DNA of 64,000 nucleotides from Chloroflexota bacterium (GTDB lineage Bacteria; Chloroflexota; UBA11872): contig OZ244802.1 in the NCBI GenBank assembly GCA_965220135.1, positions 1,295,794-1,359,793 of the forward strand, given 5' to 3'. Every line of letters begins with the position of its first letter. Within the stretch, counting starts at the first letter, position 1. A model generated the notes under the pieces. That model saw only the letters and a program-made list of their open reading frames with translations, had not been told where the DNA came from and searched no databases. A program made the position numbers and the translations under genes. Shown piece by piece: positions 1 to 8,953 of the stretch.

Positions 1-566
1 CCTCGGAAATCCATACATATCAATCCGCCGAAGGTCGTGGCATAAAAGTCCTGGAACCCGCACGTAATCCCCATGCGGCTGAACTCGATCTCGCGCGCCG
101 TCTCGGCGAAGTGATGCAACGGGGACGTGCGGTCGAGCCAGATATTTGTAGCGTGGAGGGCGGCAACCAACAGCGCGCTGCTGCTGGAGAGTCCGGCGCC
201 GGGTGGCACCTCACTCCAACACTGAAGTTCAACCTGTTCATGCCGCATATCCTGCGCGGCCACAACGGCCTTCAGCACGTTCAAATAAGTCGTGCGGCGG
301 GCCTCGGTCAGCGCGTCCGGATTCATCCCGGCCGCCGCCAGGGCACTTGGGGCAGCGACCAGACGCAGGTCGTCCGAAGATTCGACGGTGAGATCGAGAT
401 TCGCGTCCAGCGCCAGCAGACGCAGGCGCGGAGCCCGGTGGATTGCCACGTGGGCCCGTCGTGGAATCGCGAAGGCCAAAACCGTCCCGCCATACATGTC
501 GCTGGGGTTGCCAAGCAGCCCGGCCCTGCCGGGCGCTGATGCGACGACCCGATCGCGAGGAGTCAC
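1..566 (-). CDS. GHMP-family kinase (sugar/small-metabolite kinase), C-terminus cut by window edge
   Basis: Absent from the ORF track because it runs off the window. My minus-strand translation from GTG at 566 reads VTPRDRVVASAPGRAGLLGNPSDMYGGTVLAFAI ... EVPPGAGLSSSSALLVAALHA ... GITCGFQDFYATTFGG. PxGxGLxSSxA is the GHMP ATP-binding motif. The GTG start overlaps the galU stop (GTGA). Confidence 0.75.
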   Translation of the reverse strand, partial: MTPRDRVVASAPGRAGLLGNPSDMYGGTVLAFAIPRRAHVAIHRAPRLRLLALDANLDLTVESSDDLRLVAAPSALAAAGMNPDALTEARRTTYLNVLKAVVAAQDMRHEQVELQCWSEVPPGAGLSSSSALLVAALHATNIWLDRTSPLHHFAETAREIEFSRMGITCGFQDFYATTFGGLICMDFR

Positions 567-1456
567 AGCCGTTGGCCAAGCTCGCTGACGTATTGCCGAA
601 CATCCGCGCCGTACTGAGGATCGGCGAGAGCAAAATCGATAAAGGCCCGGTAGTACGACTGGAAATTCCCGATGTCGTAGCGTCGTTCATTCGCTTCGAG
701 GGGGACAGCACGCACGGGAGGCGATTCACGCGCCAGGATTGCAATGGAATCGGTGAGCCAGCGTTCGCCGCCAAGTCCAGGCCGGGTCGCCTCGATCGCG
801 TCAAAAATCGTCGGCTCAAAGATGTAGCGGGGCACGATAGCCAAATCGCTGGGTGCGCGGCCCGCCACCGGCTTCTCGACGAAGTCGACAGCCACCAGCG
901 AACCATTGACGTCCCGCACATCCACGATGCCGTAGCGGAACGCATCTTCCGGCGCGATCTGCTCCACCGCGACCGCGCCGCTTGCGCCGCTTTCCCTGTG
1001 GGCCGCCATCAGCCGGGCCACCAGGTCACCGCCATGAATGATCGTGTCGCCAAAGGCGACGACGAACGGTTCATCCCCGGCAAAGTCCCGCGCCAGGCCC
1101 ACCGCGTCCGCGACACCACTGGGCGTTCCTTGGCGTGTATAGAAGACGCCGCGGATTCCGTCGGCAATCGGCAGGTCGGCCGGATCGACGCTCCCCGTTT
1201 GGTGAAGGATCTTGCTGAGTTCGAGATCAGCGTCGAAGTGATCCTCAATTGCCGCCTTCTTGCGGCCGGTAATCAAGAGAATCTGCTCGATCCCGGCGGC
1301 GCGAAGTTCTTCAACCACGTACTGGACGACCGGCTTGCGGCCGACAGGCAGCATTTCTTTTGGCTGAGACTTGGTCGCCGGAAACAGTCGGGTGCCCACG
1401 CCGGCTACAGGCACCACCGCCTTACGAATAGCGCCCGAGGACACAGTTCTCGTCAC
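563..1456 (-). CDS. galU: UTP--glucose-1-phosphate uridylyltransferase
   Basis: 297-aa ORF with the N-terminal nucleotide-binding signature KAVVPVAGVGTRLFPATKSQPKEMLPV. Length and downstream blocks are typical of GalU. Confidence 0.9.
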   Translation of the reverse strand: MTRTVSSGAIRKAVVPVAGVGTRLFPATKSQPKEMLPVGRKPVVQYVVEELRAAGIEQILLITGRKKAAIEDHFDADLELSKILHQTGSVDPADLPIADGIRGVFYTRQGTPSGVADAVGLARDFAGDEPFVVAFGDTIIHGGDLVARLMAAHRESGASGAVAVEQIAPEDAFRYGIVDVRDVNGSLVAVDFVEKPVAGRAPSDLAIVPRYIFEPTIFDAIEATRPGLGGERWLTDSIAILARESPPVRAVPLEANERRYDIGNFQSYYRAFIDFALADPQYGADVRQYVSELGQRL

Positions 1457-1616
1457 AAGCTTCCGAGGCGGCTCATCGCGGGTCGGGCGCTAGCATACGC
1501 ATTCCAACGCACAGGCTCGCCGTGCATCACGCGCGGAGCCCTGCGGCGATGTGATAAGTGCAGCCGTTGCACGATGCCGACAACTCTCGGCGTGGCGGCG
1601 AAATGGGGGAATCGGA

Positions 1617-2210
1617 GTGCGTCGCGCACTAGTCTTTGGCATCTGGTTGCTCCTCGCATTCGCAGGAGTCGTAGTCGTGCTGGGCGTCTTCGCGACCCGC
1701 GGCTCGGTCGACATCTCGGATCTCGCGCGCCTCCAGCCGGATTCACTCGTACGCGCGCGGGCTGAGGCCAAACTCAACGCCTTCGGCCAGACATCCGAGC
1801 AAGCGCGCCTTGCTGGCCGGGCAATCCCGGCTCAAGTCGCTTTTACCCACGACGAGATGACGGCGCTTCTCCGGGATTGGGCCAGGCAGGAGCATGGATT
1901 CGGTTCGCTCACCGAACTGCAACTCACGTTCCGCCCGCGGACACTCACGCTGACCGGCGTTCTGCACTCAGGTGGCTTGAGCTTTCCCTTTCGCCTTGAC
2001 ATCGTCGTTTCGACCGAGAGTAGCCAGCGCACGGCCGAGATCACGCGATTCCAGGTTGGTGAGATCTTTGCACCCGGCTTCGTACGCTCACTCGCCCTTG
2101 CCTTGGCCGAACGCACCGTGGACGCCGGATTGCCTCGACTGCCGATTGCGATTGAAACGCTGGTGATTACAGACGGCGAACTGCTCGTCTCGGGCGTCGC
2201 CGTTCCCTAG
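1617..2210 (+). CDS. hypothetical membrane-anchored protein
   Basis: ORF 1551..2210. The likely start is GTG 1617, preceded by GGGGGA. One N-terminal TM helix (LVFGIWLLLAFAGVVVVLGVFA) is followed by a soluble domain of about 170 aa that I cannot assign to a family. Confidence 0.5.
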   Translation: MRRALVFGIWLLLAFAGVVVVLGVFATRGSVDISDLARLQPDSLVRARAEAKLNAFGQTSEQARLAGRAIPAQVAFTHDEMTALLRDWARQEHGFGSLTELQLTFRPRTLTLTGVLHSGGLSFPFRLDIVVSTESSQRTAEITRFQVGEIFAPGFVRSLALALAERTVDAGLPRLPIAIETLVITDGELLVSGVAVP

Positions 2211-2231
2211 CCTCCCAATCTGGCGGGCGCT

Positions 2232-4241
2232 TCAGCGCGGGAAGGCTCCACGGACTCCGCCGTCAACCGGCAGCACGGCGCCCGTTGTCTTGGCCGCCCG
2301 GTCACTGGCAAGAAATAGCACGGCCTCCGCCACGTCGTCTGCGCCAATCGGCGTTTGCAGGAGGTTCCTGCGGCGGTAAAAGTCCTCAAGCTCGTCAACC
2401 TCGACGCCGTGAGCTGCGGCGCGGCCCGCCCGGAGATCGTCGCTCCACAGGCGCGAATCTGTGAACACTGCGTCCGGGTTGACCATATTGACGCGAATCC
2501 CATGCTCGCCGTTCTCGATTGCCAGCACGCGGCCCAGCTGCAACTGGGCCGACTTCGCCGCGCTGTAGGCCCCAAAGTCGCGGCCCGGGTCAAACGTATT
2601 CTTGGTGCATACCAGGACCACGCTGCCCCCTATGCCCTGCCGGCGCATTGCTCGAACGGCCGCCCGAGTCACGAGGAAATGTCCGGTGGCATTGACGTCA
2701 AGGCTCCGTTGCCACGCGGAAAGGGGCATGGCCTCGATTGGCGCCGCGTCAGCGATCCCGGCGTTTGAGACGACGATGTCAACCCCTCCCACCGCAAGCG
2801 CAACCGCCTGCATGGCCGCCGTGACCGCATCCTCGTCTGTCACGTCTAGGATCAGGGATTCGGCCGCACCCCCGTCGGCGGCGATGCCCGCCGCTGAAGC
2901 CCTGGCGCCGTCCGCGTCGATATCGGCTGCAAAAACGTGGGCGCCGGCCGCTGCCAGGCGGCTGGCCGTGGCGCGTCCGATTCCGCTGGCCGCTCCGGTT
3001 ACAAGCGCCACGCGCCCGGCCAGTTCCCGCTCGGGAGGAGCCAGCTTGAGCTTGTAGAGCTCCAGTGGCCAGTATTCGATGGCAAAGAGATCGCGCGCCG
3101 GCAGCGCCGCGTAGCCTCCCATGGACTCCGCGCCCTCGATCACGTCCATTGTTTGGCGATAGATCCGAGCCACGGCGTCCGCTTCGGCAGCCGAACGGCC
3201 GGTGGTGAACATTCCGATGCCCGGTGCCAACACCACGCGCGGGCCGGCGTCGTGCCTGAAATCGTCAGCTGGATCGGCGTGCGCCTGCACGTAATCGGCG
3301 TACGCCGCTTCGTAGTGATCTACGGCGCCACGGGCGTCGGCGGGATCATCCGAAGGCAGAACCAGGGGCAATCGCTTGGTGCGCAAGACATGGTCGGGCG
3401 TTGCGGGACCCTGCTGAGAGAAACGCGATACGTCCCGGTGGTCCACGAAGGCGCGGACCCTGGGGCTGGTATCCGAACGGACGACCATGTGTCGGCGACG
3501 GCCCAGCAGGCCGCGCAGAGTAACCGCCAGGCGGGCCGCGTCGGTTCGCGGCTCCGCTGATGGCCGACGCGGACCAAACCAGGTCCGCGAGATTTGCGCT
3601 TCCGCCCGCGACACCAGTTCGATATGCCGCTCATAGGATTGCTGGGCGCTCACGCCGAACGTCACCAGGCCGTGCTTGTCGAGAACCAGGCCGTCGACAG
3701 TCGGATCGGCGTCGAACACGTCGGCCGCCGCCCGCGAGAGTTCGAATCCGGGTTTGATATACGGGACCAGGCCAACGGCGTCACCCAGGACTTCCTGCAC
3801 ACGCTCGGCGCCGTTCGTCTGATTGGTGAGGGTCAGAATCGCGTCGGCGTGACTGTGGTCGATCCAGTCCAGCGGGATGAAGGCGTGCAGCAGCGTTTCG
3901 ATCGATGGACGAGGCGCCGCCGTGTCCAGCAGCGCCAGCGTGACCAACTCCACCATGGTCTCGTCGTCCAGGATTTCGCGCTCGCGTAACGGAATGAGAT
4001 CGTCAAGTCCAAGTGGAGCGAATCCGTCGGCGCCGATGGTGGCCAGGTCGGTGCCGCTGCCCTTGATCGTGAGCGCTCGTCGGACGCCGCCGCGCGGATC
4101 CGCAATGTCGTGCTTAACCGAGGTGTTGCCGCCGCCAAACAGAACGAGCGAAGGCTCGGCGCCCAGCAGACGCGACGTATAAACGCGCAGCGCCAGCGGG
4201 TCCAGACCGTCAGCGGCTTTAGATGACCAGCGGGAGTGCAC
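2232..4241 (-). CDS. bifunctional class II aldolase-domain / short-chain dehydrogenase protein (rhamnulose-1-phosphate aldolase/alcohol dehydrogenase family)
   Basis: ORF 2232..4322. The N-terminal half is aldolase-II-like (YTSRLLGAEPSLVLFGGGNTS). The C-terminal half is a classical SDR (LVTGAASGIGRA Rossmann loop, YSAAK catalytic motif). GTG 4241 is my preferred start because it removes the 67-nt overlap with the upstream gene, but the start is uncertain. Confidence 0.85.
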   Translation of the reverse strand: MHSRWSSKAADGLDPLALRVYTSRLLGAEPSLVLFGGGNTSVKHDIADPRGGVRRALTIKGSGTDLATIGADGFAPLGLDDLIPLREREILDDETMVELVTLALLDTAAPRPSIETLLHAFIPLDWIDHSHADAILTLTNQTNGAERVQEVLGDAVGLVPYIKPGFELSRAAADVFDADPTVDGLVLDKHGLVTFGVSAQQSYERHIELVSRAEAQISRTWFGPRRPSAEPRTDAARLAVTLRGLLGRRRHMVVRSDTSPRVRAFVDHRDVSRFSQQGPATPDHVLRTKRLPLVLPSDDPADARGAVDHYEAAYADYVQAHADPADDFRHDAGPRVVLAPGIGMFTTGRSAAEADAVARIYRQTMDVIEGAESMGGYAALPARDLFAIEYWPLELYKLKLAPPERELAGRVALVTGAASGIGRATASRLAAAGAHVFAADIDADGARASAAGIAADGGAAESLILDVTDEDAVTAAMQAVALAVGGVDIVVSNAGIADAAPIEAMPLSAWQRSLDVNATGHFLVTRAAVRAMRRQGIGGSVVLVCTKNTFDPGRDFGAYSAAKSAQLQLGRVLAIENGEHGIRVNMVNPDAVFTDSRLWSDDLRAGRAAAHGVEVDELEDFYRRRNLLQTPIGADDVAEAVLFLASDRAAKTTGAVLPVDGGVRGAFPR

Positions 4242-4255
4242 CGGCTCGGGCCTGG

Positions 4256-5062
4256 TCAGTCCCGCAGCGGCGCCGTTGGTTTCAGCGTCACGGTCTTCCC
4301 GGCCTCGGCGGCGATGGCGCAAAACAGATCGTAGGCGGCGTCGAGCTGGACCTTGGGATCACCGCCCTCGGTGCTGCGAACCACGATGTCAACCGGCAGC
4401 CCATTCACCCGCGACTGCCCCACGTACGCCTTCAGATAGGCCACCGGAACTTCGCGCATCACCCGCTGCATGAACGGCGAGGTCTCGGATTCAAACGAGT
4501 CGATGAAAACGCGCATTCGAGCCGTTTGGGAGGAAAACAATCCGTGCAGCGCCGGCCGGATGTGTTTCTCAAAGCACCCTTCAACTTCGCGCGGCGGGCC
4601 GGGCATCGACCAGATAGTCGTCTCATCCACCACGGTTGAAAAGCAGGGCGCCCATCCAACCGGGTTGAGATGCACGGTGGACGCTCGCGGGATCGACCCC
4701 ATCTTGAGCCGTGGCGGAACCGAGACCTCCTCGATCGTCATATTTCGACGGAGGGCATAGTCTTCAATCACCTCGAACGGCGTGTGCGTGTCACTCCCGG
4801 CGACAGCGGCGATAGCGTCCACCGTCATGTCGTCAGGCGTTGGACCGAGGCCGCCGGTTGTCAGGATCACACGCGCCTTTCGCGCCACGGCGGCGCGCAA
4901 CTCCGCGATCAGAGCGTCCAGGTCGTCGGCGAGCGCGGTAATTCGGCGAACGTCGCCGCCGGCAACTGACACTTCACCAGCAAGCCAATGAGAGTTCGTG
5001 TCCAGCACCAGGCCGGAAACGAGTTCCGTTCCGATCGAGAAGATCTCAACGTCGTCGTTCAT
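4256..5062 (-). CDS. CinA-like molybdopterin-binding (MoCF-biosynthesis fold) protein without a PncC deamidase domain
   Basis: The N-terminus MNDDVEIFSIGTELVSGLVLDTNSHWLA and the ILTTGGLGPTPDDMT block are typical of the CinA N-terminal domain. At 268 aa it is too short to include the C-terminal CinA/PncC domain. Confidence 0.75.
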   Translation of the reverse strand: MNDDVEIFSIGTELVSGLVLDTNSHWLAGEVSVAGGDVRRITALADDLDALIAELRAAVARKARVILTTGGLGPTPDDMTVDAIAAVAGSDTHTPFEVIEDYALRRNMTIEEVSVPPRLKMGSIPRASTVHLNPVGWAPCFSTVVDETTIWSMPGPPREVEGCFEKHIRPALHGLFSSQTARMRVFIDSFESETSPFMQRVMREVPVAYLKAYVGQSRVNGLPVDIVVRSTEGGDPKVQLDAAYDLFCAIAAEAGKTVTLKPTAPLRD

Positions 5063-5162
5063 AGCGCCCGCCGCGGCAAGGTGGAACCGGAGAGCATTCT
5101 AAGTTGAACTGCGGCGTCCGGTGCTAGCCTTCCGCCCGGCACATGGACAGGTTGGACGTGGA

Positions 5163-5963
5163 ATGGGTGCCGACTGGTATGCACAGCGCGGATTCTCGCC
5201 CGAGACGGTACGGCGTGCCCGCATCTGGTACTTGCAGCACCTTCCGGAAGCTGGCGATCTCCTTGACGTGGGCTGCGGACGGGGGGAGTTTCTGCAGGCG
5301 GCAGCGGAGGCGGGCCACCGCGTCGTTGGGATCGATCACGATCCGAAAATGCTGGCGCAAGTTGGCGGCCTGCCCGTACGCCAAGGCGATGCTCTGGACT
5401 TCCTTCAGAGCACCCCCGACCACTATGACTCAATCACTGCGTTCCACGTAATTGAGCACCTGGCCGTTCGAGAGGCCGAAGCCATTGTGCGCCTTGCCGC
5501 CGACCGGCTGCGGCCAGGGGGGAGACTTATCGTCGCCACGCCCAATCCGGGAAGCCTTCCGACGATCGCGCATGAGTTTTGGCGCGACCCAACTCACGTC
5601 CGGCCGTACGACCGGGAACTCATCGAGTACTTGACGAGCGGCGCCGGACTTGAAACTGTCGTCGCAGGGTTCAATCCCGAGTCGCCACGCGGCCTCCCGG
5701 TGGAGCTGGCCGACCTTGGCCTCACGCAGCCTGTGAGGTCAGACGACGCGCTTGATCCGCCAGACTCACGAGCATCTCGATGGGTCGCAGGTCGTATGGC
5801 CGGTTCAAACTACGGGCGGAACCTGGAGCGGGCCATTCACGAAGTATCCGACGGTCTGCTTCACACCCGCCAGGAACTGGCCCGCGTTGCTGGTGTGCTG
5901 CGACGATTCCTTGAGGTGGCTTATGAGCCGTCCGAGCTGTTTGTCGTCGCTCGAAGGCCCTAG
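5163..5963 (+). CDS. class I SAM-dependent methyltransferase
   Basis: Motif I LLDVGCGRGEFL, followed by VVGIDHD and a RLRPGGRLIV post-I/II pattern. ATG 5163 is preceded by GGACGTGGA; the track ORF starts at 5121. Confidence 0.75.
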   Translation: MGADWYAQRGFSPETVRRARIWYLQHLPEAGDLLDVGCGRGEFLQAAAEAGHRVVGIDHDPKMLAQVGGLPVRQGDALDFLQSTPDHYDSITAFHVIEHLAVREAEAIVRLAADRLRPGGRLIVATPNPGSLPTIAHEFWRDPTHVRPYDRELIEYLTSGAGLETVVAGFNPESPRGLPVELADLGLTQPVRSDDALDPPDSRASRWVAGRMAGSNYGRNLERAIHEVSDGLLHTRQELARVAGVLRRFLEVAYEPSELFVVARRP

Positions 5964-7117
5964 GAAGTCGGCTGCTGCCGGTTTGCGAGTTCGACCTGTG
6001 GTCCCTCGTCAGGCGGTGGGAGCGACTCGCTATGCCGCATCAGGTCGGCCGTGTATGCGTGAATGAGCGGCACGTTGGGCTGAAGCACGAACGCGCCGTT
6101 GTCGGCGATGACGGCGCGCACCAGATTGTCCTCCGGCCGAATTGCGCCTGACACCGTCCGAGCGGCTCCGATCCCCATTCCGAGTTTGGCCATCGAGGGC
6201 ACCAGTTCGGGCGGCAGATTTGATTCGAAGGCGTTGCTGAGTTCGCGCAAAAAGGCCGGCGACTCGACAAGAGTCTTTGGAGAAATCACCTGCTCAACCA
6301 AGGCCAGGAGCATCTGCTGCTGCCGCACTTCACGGGCAAACGCGCCGTCCTGATGCCGAGTGCGCACATAGCGCAGGGCCATGTCGCCGTCGAAGTGATT
6401 CGGCCCGGCCTCAACGTGCAACGGCTCAAAGCCGGTGTCGGTGGCGTTTGGGTAGTTGGGATCGTAAATAGTCGATTCCACGTCCACGGAAACCCCGCCA
6501 AAGAAGTCGACGAGGCGCTTGAAGCCGTTGAAGTCCAACGTAACCCAGTAGTCCACCTGCACGCCGAGGAGGTTTGAGACGCGACGGCTGAGGGCGTCGG
6601 GGCCTTCCTCCTGTAAGACGGAATTGATTCGAAACGGGTCGGTTCGACAGTTCGCCACGCAGATGTCACGGGGAATCGACACGAGGGTCGCCGCCCTTGC
6701 CCGCGGCTCAATGTGGGCGAGAATTATCGCGTCGGTTCGCCCACCGCCCTCGCCGGGACGCCGGTCAAGTCCGAGAAACAACACGCTGAATGGCTGATCT
6801 TCGGGCCAGTCGGCGATGAGATCCAGCGGGTTTGGCGGCTCGGGTGTCGGAGTCGCTGCCACCACGGGCGACGGAGTAGGCGGACGAGTCGTCCTTCCTG
6901 TCACGATCGGCGTCGCCGACTGAGAGGTGGATACTGCAGCGGGTGGCGTCGGCGGCACGGTCGTCGCGGTCCCATCGGACGATCGGATCCAGACCAAGGC
7001 ACCGAGGACGGCCACGACGACGAAGACGACGCCGGCGGAAGCGACGCTGATTACCTCGGCGCGACGGAGGCGGTGCGCGCGACCCGACGGTCGCCTGCGG
7101 CTAGGGTCCGATGACAT
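5960..7117 (-). CDS. LCP (LytR-CpsA-Psr) family cell-envelope phosphotransferase
   Basis: Basic N-terminus plus a TM anchor (VVFVVVAVLGALVWI) and a Pro/Thr-rich linker. The LCP core follows: LFLGLDRRPGEGGGRTDAIILAHI ... SIPRD. Confidence 0.85.
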   Translation of the reverse strand: MSSDPSRRRPSGRAHRLRRAEVISVASAGVVFVVVAVLGALVWIRSSDGTATTVPPTPPAAVSTSQSATPIVTGRTTRPPTPSPVVAATPTPEPPNPLDLIADWPEDQPFSVLFLGLDRRPGEGGGRTDAIILAHIEPRARAATLVSIPRDICVANCRTDPFRINSVLQEEGPDALSRRVSNLLGVQVDYWVTLDFNGFKRLVDFFGGVSVDVESTIYDPNYPNATDTGFEPLHVEAGPNHFDGDMALRYVRTRHQDGAFAREVRQQQMLLALVEQVISPKTLVESPAFLRELSNAFESNLPPELVPSMAKLGMGIGAARTVSGAIRPEDNLVRAVIADNGAFVLQPNVPLIHAYTADLMRHSESLPPPDEGPQVELANRQQPTS

Positions 7118-7327
7118 TGCGAAGTTGCGGCGTTATGTCGAGCAGAATCCCCACTATACGACAGGCAGGTAGTCCGCAGATCACTCTGTCTGCCCGAATT
7201 CGGTCGTCGCTTCGGAGTAAAGAGCGTAGCGTCGAAAGGGAGCGTTACGCCGTCGGTATCACATCCACGTTCGCGTGGTATCACCGAGTACGCTGAGCAT
7301 GATGGCCGCGCGCCCCAACACTCCCGG

Positions 7328-8371
7328 ATGCAGTTCGCCATTGTCGGATACGGCAGCTCCGGACACGCTCTCCGATCGCAGATCGAGTCGCTGCCCAGCG
7401 CATCGGTCACTTGCATTGTCGACGCCGATCTACGTCTGGCGGACACGGGGACCGGACGTTTGAACGCCGCGGCCTGGAGCGACAAAGCCAGCGCCGCATT
7501 GCGTCGCGCGAGTGTGGACGCCGTCTTCATCACGGGGCCGCATGCCGGCCGCGTGCAGCTAGTGCAGGGCGCGCTGGAACGAGGGCTTCATGTCTTCCTC
7601 GAACCGCCCGTGACCCTGCGTCACCCGGACGCGCAGCAGATGTTGGGGTATGGCCGGGCCGTCAGCTCGGCGGTGGCCGTTAACTTCTGGATGCGTGCGG
7701 TCCCCGGAGTGCGTCGTATGCGACGCCGCATTCCGCGTCCCACGTTCGTGCAGATCGAGACCGTCGTCCATCCGCTGTCCGATTCCTGGAGCGGAACTGC
7801 CGAGCAGGGTGGCGTGATGGGCGTGCTGGGAAGTCACGCATTGGACCTGGCCGCGTATCTCATGCAGTCGACGCCTCGCTACGTCCAGGCCATGGGCGGA
7901 CGTCACACGCGACGGGCGGCCCTGGCGGACACCGTGGCTGTGGGGATCCGATACGCGAATGGCGGACTTGCTCGCGTGATCATGGGTGAATTCGGCCGAA
8001 CGCGGCCCTGCGCTCCCTGGCGCGCATATGCTACCGACGGCACCGAGACGGCGACCGCGCAAGGCAGCCTGCCGCTTGGTGAAGGACCGACGAGACGTGT
8101 GTCAAAGGTTGAACTGGCACGTTTGCAAGGCGCCGAGGCCGCGCAGTTCGAGGTTGTGAGGGCGTTCGTAGATTCCATAGCGGGACGAGGCGCCCCCCTG
8201 GCGCTGGCCGAAGACGGCGTACGGGCAGTGCACCTCGCCGATACAGCTTATGAAGCCATGGGTTCGCGTCGGCGAGTGTCAATCGCCACGGCATCGCTAC
8301 CGGATACGATCCGACCGGTCTACGGTGATGATTCCGCCGCGAACCGCCGCAACCACAGCTTCCGTTCGTGA
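7328..8371 (+). CDS. Gfo/Idh/MocA family oxidoreductase
   Basis: N-terminal Rossmann start MQFAIVGYGSSG, about 350 aa, with a C-terminal alpha/beta domain pattern. Substrate unknown. Confidence 0.7.
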   Translation: MQFAIVGYGSSGHALRSQIESLPSASVTCIVDADLRLADTGTGRLNAAAWSDKASAALRRASVDAVFITGPHAGRVQLVQGALERGLHVFLEPPVTLRHPDAQQMLGYGRAVSSAVAVNFWMRAVPGVRRMRRRIPRPTFVQIETVVHPLSDSWSGTAEQGGVMGVLGSHALDLAAYLMQSTPRYVQAMGGRHTRRAALADTVAVGIRYANGGLARVIMGEFGRTRPCAPWRAYATDGTETATAQGSLPLGEGPTRRVSKVELARLQGAEAAQFEVVRAFVDSIAGRGAPLALAEDGVRAVHLADTAYEAMGSRRRVSIATASLPDTIRPVYGDDSAANRRNHSFRS

Positions 8372-8953
8372 GCGAACGCGCAGCTTGCCGTAGACGCTGC
8401 TGAGATGTGCCTCCACAGTCTTTGCCGAGACTCCCAACGCTGTCGCCGCTTCGCGATTGGACGCACCTTCCGCGACTAGTCGCAGCACATCCAGTTCACG
8501 CATCGTCAGCGGCTCCGCAAGCGATCGCCCGCTGCCCGTGCCGGACTCGACGGTCGGCAGTTCCTGGTAAACAGTCTGTCCGGCGTGGACCTGCCGGACA
8601 GCGTCAGTGAGCCCCGCGGTATCCAGGTCCTTCAGCACGTAACCCGCGACCCCGGCCTCCCGCATGGACCGGACATAGTCCGCCTGGCCATAGGCCGAGA
8701 CGACCAGAACTCGGGTCGCCGGCGCTACGTGTGCCAGGCGACGAGCCAGCGCCGGCCCACCGCCGGGAATTCGGAAATCAAGGAGACAGACGTCGGGTGA
8801 ACAGCTGCGGCACGCGCGCTCCGCTGCGGCCGCATCGCCGGCCGTACCCACGACTTCGACATCGGGGACATCCGCCAAAACCGCGGCGGTCCCCTCACGC
8901 ACCATGGCGTGGTCGTCCACAAGCAGAACGCGGATCGGACGTCTGGCGGTCAC
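8297..8953 (-). CDS. NarL/LuxR-family response regulator
   Basis: REC domain (IRVLLVDDH, phospho-acceptor region CLLDFRIPG) plus a LuxR HTH (LTMRELDVLRLVAEGASNREAATALGVSAKTVEAHLSSVYGKL). Its start overlaps the kinase stop by 4 nt. Confidence 0.9.
   Translation of the reverse strand: MTARRPIRVLLVDDHAMVREGTAAVLADVPDVEVVGTAGDAAAAERACRSCSPDVCLLDFRIPGGGPALARRLAHVAPATRVLVVSAYGQADYVRSMREAGVAGYVLKDLDTAGLTDAVRQVHAGQTVYQELPTVESGTGSGRSLAEPLTMRELDVLRLVAEGASNREAATALGVSAKTVEAHLSSVYGKLRVRSRTEAVVAAVRGGIITVDRSDRIR

Noticed and set aside
443-1765. 440-aa plus-strand ORF spanning the galU region, and the 235-aa ORF at 238..945 (-).
   Set aside because: Both overlap galU and the GHMP kinase gene, in antisense or off-frame, and neither has a recognisable motif. 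The GHMP frame, which is not in the track, explains 1..566.
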